From contig OZ037837.1 in assembly GCA_964035575.1 (NCBI GenBank), positions 682,001-746,000 of the forward strand: DNA of 64,000 bases, in the 5' to 3' direction. The notes under the pieces were generated by a model, which searched no databases, was not told the DNA's origin, and was given only the letters and a program-made list of their open reading frames with translations. The position numbers and the translations under genes are program-made. Of the stretch, positions 58,501 through 64,000 are shown piece after piece. The stretch is from Rhynchopus sp. YZ270_cl-10. Lineage: Eukaryota. How positions within the stretch are numbered: the stretch's first letter is position 1; every line of letters starts with the position of its first letter.

Positions 58501-60187
58501 TGGCGAGGATCACACCGTTCTTCTCCATCCCATTCGAGAACTCGAAGACACGTCCCATATAATTCACACCGTCCACCCGCACGTCTGCCTCCATAATGAA
58601 GCCGTCCCCTCCCAACGTGAGTGGTGCGTTGCTGACAAACTCAGACGAGTCGGTGAACTGTGTGATGAGGACTGGATTCTCACACGGCAGGACTACTGGT
58701 GCTGTTGCCTGTGTCTTGGCCCGACATGTGCTGAAGCTGAAGTTCGCCACCACACCGTCGAGGGGCACATCCCCAGGGAACGTGCTCGTGTAGATGTGGT
58801 TGTCGGTGCGTGTGTCAAGTACTGGGAGCGGACCTGAGGCAGAGACACGTTCAACACCATCGATGAAGAGCTGTGCAAAGCCTGTGACATGTGACGTCGC
58901 CGTCACAACAAGCACCATATGCATGAAGACACCGCAGCACGGTCCCGGCACAGGGTCGCTCAAGATGATGTACTGTTTACCCTGCCACACGTGATACTGC
59001 CACTGGCCATCGGCGTTGATGGTGAGGATGACGCCGTTCTTCGCCTTCCCATTTGAGAACTCGAAGACACGTCCCATCCAGGCAACCTTGTCCACCCGCA
59101 CGTCTGCCTCCATGATGAAGCCGTCCCCTCCCAACGAGTGGTGCGTCGCTGACAAACTCAGACGAGTCGGTGAACTGTGTGATGAGGACTGGATCCTCAC
59201 ACGGCAGGACTACTGGTGCCGCTGTTGGTGCAACTGTCGGAACAGCCGTTGGTGGAGCAACTGTTGGGGAAACTGTTGGCGGAACATCCGTTGGCGGTAC
59301 TGCTGTTGGGGTTACGTCAAAGAAGGCCCAGGAGAAGTGTGAGGCTTGCTCAGACACGACGAAGATCTGCTTGCCCTTCACACAGGGGACTTCCACCAAG
59401 CTGTGGAAGTATCTTCCCCCCCCAGTAAACGCAGTCACAGCACCTGTGTGGTCGTGTATCGTGACAAACCCTGGATCGTATTTCTTCATTGTGAACGTCA
59501 CCTTCCCGTACTTTGTGCATGTGATAACACCTGCGTATGTCTCTGCACTGGATGAGAGCTCACCGTTCATGCCCCACGTCGTGTTGACACCATCGTAGCT
59601 GCCTGCAGCGATGTGCTGTGTGACTGCGTCAGGCGACAGTGCAGGTGTCAACAGTTCGGGCACGCCTTTGTTCGGAACAAACGTTAATTCTATGAGCATG
59701 GAGTAGAAACCTATATCAGCCCCTGTCAGCTTCACACACAGGTCGTCACCACGCTCCCACGCAGCACGGTCAAACGGCACACCCGTCACATACACAGGAC
59801 GGGACCATTCCCATGAATCCATGGCCACATACTGCGAGAACAGTGTTGTCGCGTTCGACCCACACCCCTGTGTGATGGATGTCACCGATCCAGCATAGGC
59901 ATCTGCTTTCATCCTCAGACTGGCGATAGACACAACATAGTTGTCCATCACATCACCCTCAAGCAGGCTGATGGCAGAGCCCACACCAGCAGAAAGACCT
60001 CCAGACCTGTGTGGTGGTGTTGTGTGTGACACTTTTTTTTTGTTTCGGACATTGAAACATGTAGTCAACTATTGTGCTCTGATTGTTAGCCGCTTGTGTA
60101 AAACAGAGAAAAGTTTATAAGATGATCCTAAGCCTCTCGTGCTTAGTCACCTGAGGGGGAGAATAGAACCTGGCGGAGAGACACAGG

Positions 60188-60470
60188 CAGGGTATTAGGG
60201 TGGTTAAAAAAACTGGTTTTGAAAACCGGTTTTTCCAAAAACTGGTTTTCAAAGAAAAAAAAAAAACAGAGAAATCTGGAGGGGAAAAAAAAACCGACAC
60301 TTTTCACCAGGCCTTTCTGTAAATGTCGTCCCCAGATTAGGGCGGACTCGATTTTTTTCCCCGCATTTTTCCCCCGCCTGCTGGAACCGTGGTTGAACCA
60401 CGGGAGTGCCTTTGGGAAATGGCTGTTCCTTGATTTTTTTTTTTGCCTGCGGCGCCAATTTCCTTTTTTT
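60188..60470. mobile_element. Half copy of the hAT MITE
   Basis: Starts CAGGGTATTAGGGTGG and matches the reverse complement of ~820-1060. Confidence 0.88.
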
Positions 60471-60642
60471 GTCTTCTTCGCTTTCTTCTTCCTCCTCACC
60501 TTCCTCTTCTTCTTCTTCCTCTTCATCATTGTCATCGTCATCGTCATGGTCTGAGGGTAGCTCGTGCCAAGGAATCTCATTACACACGCAAACTCTGAAG
60601 TCTTCCCCATTTGTGTATCCAGGAGTGCGCAAAAACCTCTGA

Positions 60643-61057
60643 CCCCCTTGTGATCTTCTGCAAACATGTGCCCCCAAACCCAGGGTTTTCAATCGCTTCA
60701 CTAAGTTTTTCGACGCAACAACAGCGAACTGGAGGAGTTTCTTGGGCAACCTGCAGATGCATACAAGAAGGAGACAAGTCGCCTGCGTCTGGATGTACCT
60801 CGGAGGCCTGCGTTGTGCGGAGGTAAAGTCGGTGGTGAAAGGGGGGCTCGCCCTTGTCAAGAAGGACCAAACGTCGTACTACAGGGTGGAGTACATGCCG
60901 GGAAAGCAGCGAGGAAGTGTGCCTGCTACACTGGGCACGCCATGCGTCGCAGCAGTCGTTGGAGATGGGTGCTACTCCGGACCAGCTGAAGACGCACTAC
61001 AATTGGCGTAGTGCGCAGATGGTCCAGGCGTACACCACCTTGACATTTTACATGTAG
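60643..61057 (+). pseudogene. Tyrosine recombinase remnant (Crypton/DIRS-type mobile element)
   Basis: Catalytic motifs in order across a frameshift/deletion: YLGGLRCAEV (R), PGKQR (K), LHWARHA (H-x-x-R), THYNWRSAQMVQAY (W…Y). Confidence 0.75.
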
Positions 61058-61457
61058 GTTGACCTTTTTACAGTCAATATACGTTACCGCACATGTCATT
61101 TTGCATGTAAAATGACATGCGTTTTGCATGTAAAAAGAGTTACATGGAAAGCACATGTAAAAGCACATGTCATGTCATTTACTTCACCGTCGTGTAACTT
61201 CCCCCCTGGGTTTCCATGTGCACCACCATCTGCACCACCATAAAATCATACACACTTACGTGTGTATGGTCATGAATCACCAAAAGGGGAAAGAGGAAAA
61301 AAAGAGAGACTATCATACAAAAAGACCCTCTCCTAGTTTTCGGCTTCATTTCCTATTGTACCGCACCCAATCACCCACCAACAGATGCACACACACAGTG
61401 GGCCAAAACCCCCTAAATTTTCGCTTTCGGCACTATTTGGAGGCAATATGATTACAA

Positions 61458-61601
61458 ACTCCTGGGAGAAATTGAATATTTTTCCCCTTGGGGGGTGCCA
61501 ACTCCCTTGGATTCGTATTTTCCTCGCCTTCGGCTTGGGAAATACAAATCCTTGGGAGTTGCACCCCCCAAGGGGAAAAATATTCAATTTCTGCCTGGAG
61601 T
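61458..61601. repeat. Palindromic hairpin element centred on GCCTTCGGC
   Basis: Arms ACTCC…AGAAATTGAATATTTTTCCCCTTGGGGGGTGC.AACTCCC..GGATT.GTATTT and AAATACAAATCC..GGGAGTTGCACCCCCCAAGGGGAAAAATATTCAATTTCT…GGAGT. Confidence 0.9.
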
Positions 61602-62649
61602 ATATAACTAGCGCATAACGCAGCACTGCTGTGCTCTTCACAAAAGTGTCTGCTGATGAAGTGTGCTAAAAAAAACAACAAGTCGCATCCTTGTGCCGTG
61701 ACACATACCCGAAAGTGACACGCGCCTGAAAAGTCCGCATCTCGTGCACCGTGCTGGCCAGTGAAGACCCCGCAAGAAGAGACAACAGCACAAAGGCTGT
61801 GGTGTGCTTCCCCCGCTGACATGTTGTTGACATTGTGGTACCTGGGTGGTGTGGTGTGGTCTGGAAAAAAACACTGGGGGACAGAAAACCTTTCTGTGAC
61901 CTCGGGAGACCCAACACCCCGACCAGCCTGCCTTCCATCTCCACTGCCGCTGGCAACGTGATGTCCTCTGCCATCTGGGTGGTGTCATCTCTAACACCAG
62001 AAGAGTTGAGCAGAGTCACGGGGCAGGATGCTTCGCATCGGTTGGCAGTGTCACGTGCTCAGTCACCTTGATCACAATCGGTTTTATGTAGAAAGGTGAA
62101 CCCACCTTTGCAGTATTGGTGAGAGGAAAAAGTCAGGGTAGTCTGGGGGTGGAAACACATCAAGAATGAGTAGTACTGAACGTAACAAAGGGAGGAGGAG
62201 GGACTCAGGGGAGGGATCCGGTGGACTACTAGTGGAACCACTGGACTCACTGAAAACAAAAGCAACATTTTTAAAAACAAATATCTTGGGTGTGTTAGAC
62301 AGGCGCGTATCGTGGTATCGAACACTTTACTTTTGTTGGTAACAAACACCTTAAAACGATGAATCTGCCTTTCGTGCATACATCGACTAAATATGAGAGA
62401 AAATGGGGGGGAAATGGGTTGGAATTCAAAAAGGGGAGAAAATGTGAAATACAAAGCCCCCTCGTGGCAGTGCACCTTTAAAAGGAAGAAAGAACCCGTG
62501 AATAACGAATGGGTCTGGGGGAAATGGCCTGGCATGTTTCAAAAGGGGCATGGTTGTTGGAAATCATCGCGAGATTGGGCGGTTTTCTGGTAACAACGTG
62601 GACAGGAAAGAATAAAATTTGAAAAGTGAATGTCCCCCATAGCACATTC

Positions 62650-63370
62650 AGAAAAAGCTGGCGTTCGTAACGAATAGTGCTAAACTAGTAGTGTTACAGG
62701 TGTAACACTAGTCGTAAAAACACTAGTCATTTGAGCCAGTAGCATAACTAGTGGTCCCTTTGACTCATCCGCCGTGATCAAGTAGTCGTGGGAGGCTCAA
62801 CAACTGCAACAACCATCCTCTGCCCAGGTACCAGGTACAGGGCCTTTGTGGATGTGTTACTGCTGCTTCGAGAGGGTGCGTCACTTTATTGACATTTGAT
62901 CAAAAGGAAAAAGAAAAGTTTATACGATGATCCCAAGCCTCTCGTGCTTAGTCACCTGAGAAAAATATTGAGCGCGCTGCAAACACTACTGTGCTGGCAG
63001 GAAGCGACGACAAACAAAGAAACAGAGCGAAAGACTCGTCGCATTGCACCACAGAGAAGCCATTCCGCACAGAAAACACACACACAGACAACCCTTTAGG
63101 AAGCATAGACAACCCTGTAGAAGCATGCCACATTCACATTTGATGAAAAGTTATGACCAACCTAAAACTATAAACAGAATCTGCAAACACGTCTGTCCGG
63201 TCACGTGTCGTTCCCTCACCCCCCTTCTTGTAGTGGTCGATGCGTTGACGCTTCAAAGTTCTGCATGGCTTGCTTGCACAAACAGGCGGGCTGGGAGGAG
63301 GTGGTGGTGAGTACTACACAGTGAAGTGCAGGTACTCATATACACGCTGTCAACACGACACACGTAACTC
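62650..63370. repeat. 3'-flank segmental repeat shared by the receptor loci
   Basis: Homologous to ~35440-36030 and in part to ~56040-56230 (GTAACACTAGTCGTAAAAACAC…CAAGTAGTCGTGGGAGGCTCAACAACTGCAAC). Confidence 0.85.
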
Positions 63371-64000
63371 ACGTCATCTCTACCTCCTTCATCATCAAAC
63401 TCTCTTTCGTCGCATTCAACCACAGTTGCTTCCTCAGTCCTCGAACAGACCAGCATCTGTGCGTAAGTAGCACCCCTGCCAGCACCACTACTGCCAGCAC
63501 TACAACCAGAAGTGGAACAGCTATTGGTGTTGCCTGTGTCTTGTCCCGACATGTGCTGAAGCTGAAGTTCGCCACCACACCGTCGAGGGGCACATCCCCA
63601 GGGAACGTGCTCGTGTAGATGTGGTTGTCGGTGCGTGTGTCAAGTACTGGGAGCGGACCTGAGGCAGAGACACGTTCAACACCATCGATGAAGAGCTGTG
63701 CAAAGCCTGTGACATGTGACGTCGCCGTCACGACAAGCACCATATGCATGAAGACACCGCAGCACGGTCCCGGCACAGGGTCGACGAAGATGATGTGCTG
63801 TGTACCCTGCCACACGTGGTACCCCCACTGGCCCTCGGCGTTGATGGTGAGGATCACGTTGTTCTTCTCCATCCCATTCGAGAACTCGAAGACACGTCCC
63901 ATCCAGGCAACCTTGTCCACCCGCACGTCTGCCTCCATGATGAAGCCGTCCCCTCCCAACGTGAGTGGTGCGTTGCTGACAAACTCAGACGAGTCAGTGA
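63369..64000 (-). CDS. Membrane-protein family locus D, 3' end only (LamG-like domain plus a divergent TM/tail); continues beyond the window
   Basis: Open frame to the window edge. LamG-like domain closely matches loci A and C. TM IAVPLLVVVLAVVVLAGVLL. Confidence 0.85.
   Translation of the reverse strand, partial: TDSSEFVSNAPLTLGGDGFIMEADVRVDKVAWMGRVFEFSNGMEKNNVILTINAEGQWGYHVWQGTQHIIFVDPVPGPCCGVFMHMVLVVTATSHVTGFAQLFIDGVERVSASGPLPVLDTRTDNHIYTSTFPGDVPLDGVVANFSFSTCRDKTQATPIAVPLLVVVLAVVVLAGVLLTHRCWSVRGLRKQLWLNATKESLMMKEVEMT

Larger units (their letters stand above)
57440..61833 (-). pseudogene. Variable-domain membrane protein, locus C: leader, V domain, two LamG-like domains, PT stalk, TM; one frameshift
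   Basis: join(61833..61709, 60006..57882, 57656..57440), both introns phase 2. 2-bp deletion at ~59136 (CCCAACGAGTGG versus CCCAACGTGAGTGG in the three other copies). Intron 1 is expanded to 1.7 kb by insertions. The frameshift could be an assembly error. Confidence 0.8.

Noticed and set aside
20420..60006. Diversity-generating retroelement explanation for the AAC->NNC-looking variation in the V domains
   Set aside because: No reverse transcriptase or invariant template repeat is visible in the window. Variation includes indels and non-adenine changes, and occurs in several separated loops.

Overview
Eukaryotic genomic DNA, most likely a euglenozoan such as a diplonemid. This is an inference from GC3-rich genes, canonical GTATG..CAG introns, all credible genes lying on one strand, and Pro/Thr-rich surface proteins. 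The window holds four things. (1) A ~2,665-aa two-exon gene that joins a Dpy-30/RIIa-like motif, a WWE-like segment, an intact R-S-ExE mono-ADP-ribosyltransferase domain, LRR/ankyrin-like repeats, a degenerate second ART domain and a possible macrodomain-like C-terminus. A tandem copy of it was broken by a piggyBac insertion. (2) Four loci of a modular type-I membrane protein family. Five copies of a beta-rich domain have near-identical frameworks but discrete hypervariable loops, combined with LamG/ConA-like domains and PT stalks. All exons are joined by phase-2 introns, most of them copies of one intron. This is the best candidate for an undescribed diversified-receptor system. (3) Single-copy genes: a class-V PLP enzyme ending in PTS1, an SSAT-type GNAT, a DHH-like protein, a Golgi-type sulfotransferase and a syntaxin-17-like SNARE. 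(4) Heavily nested DNA transposons with verifiable TIRs and TSDs (hAT, piggyBac, CACTA-like, Tc1/mariner-like, MULE-like, and CATGG elements with 6-bp TSDs), a tyrosine-recombinase remnant and palindromic hairpin elements. Domain calls come from motif recognition by eye; no database search was run.
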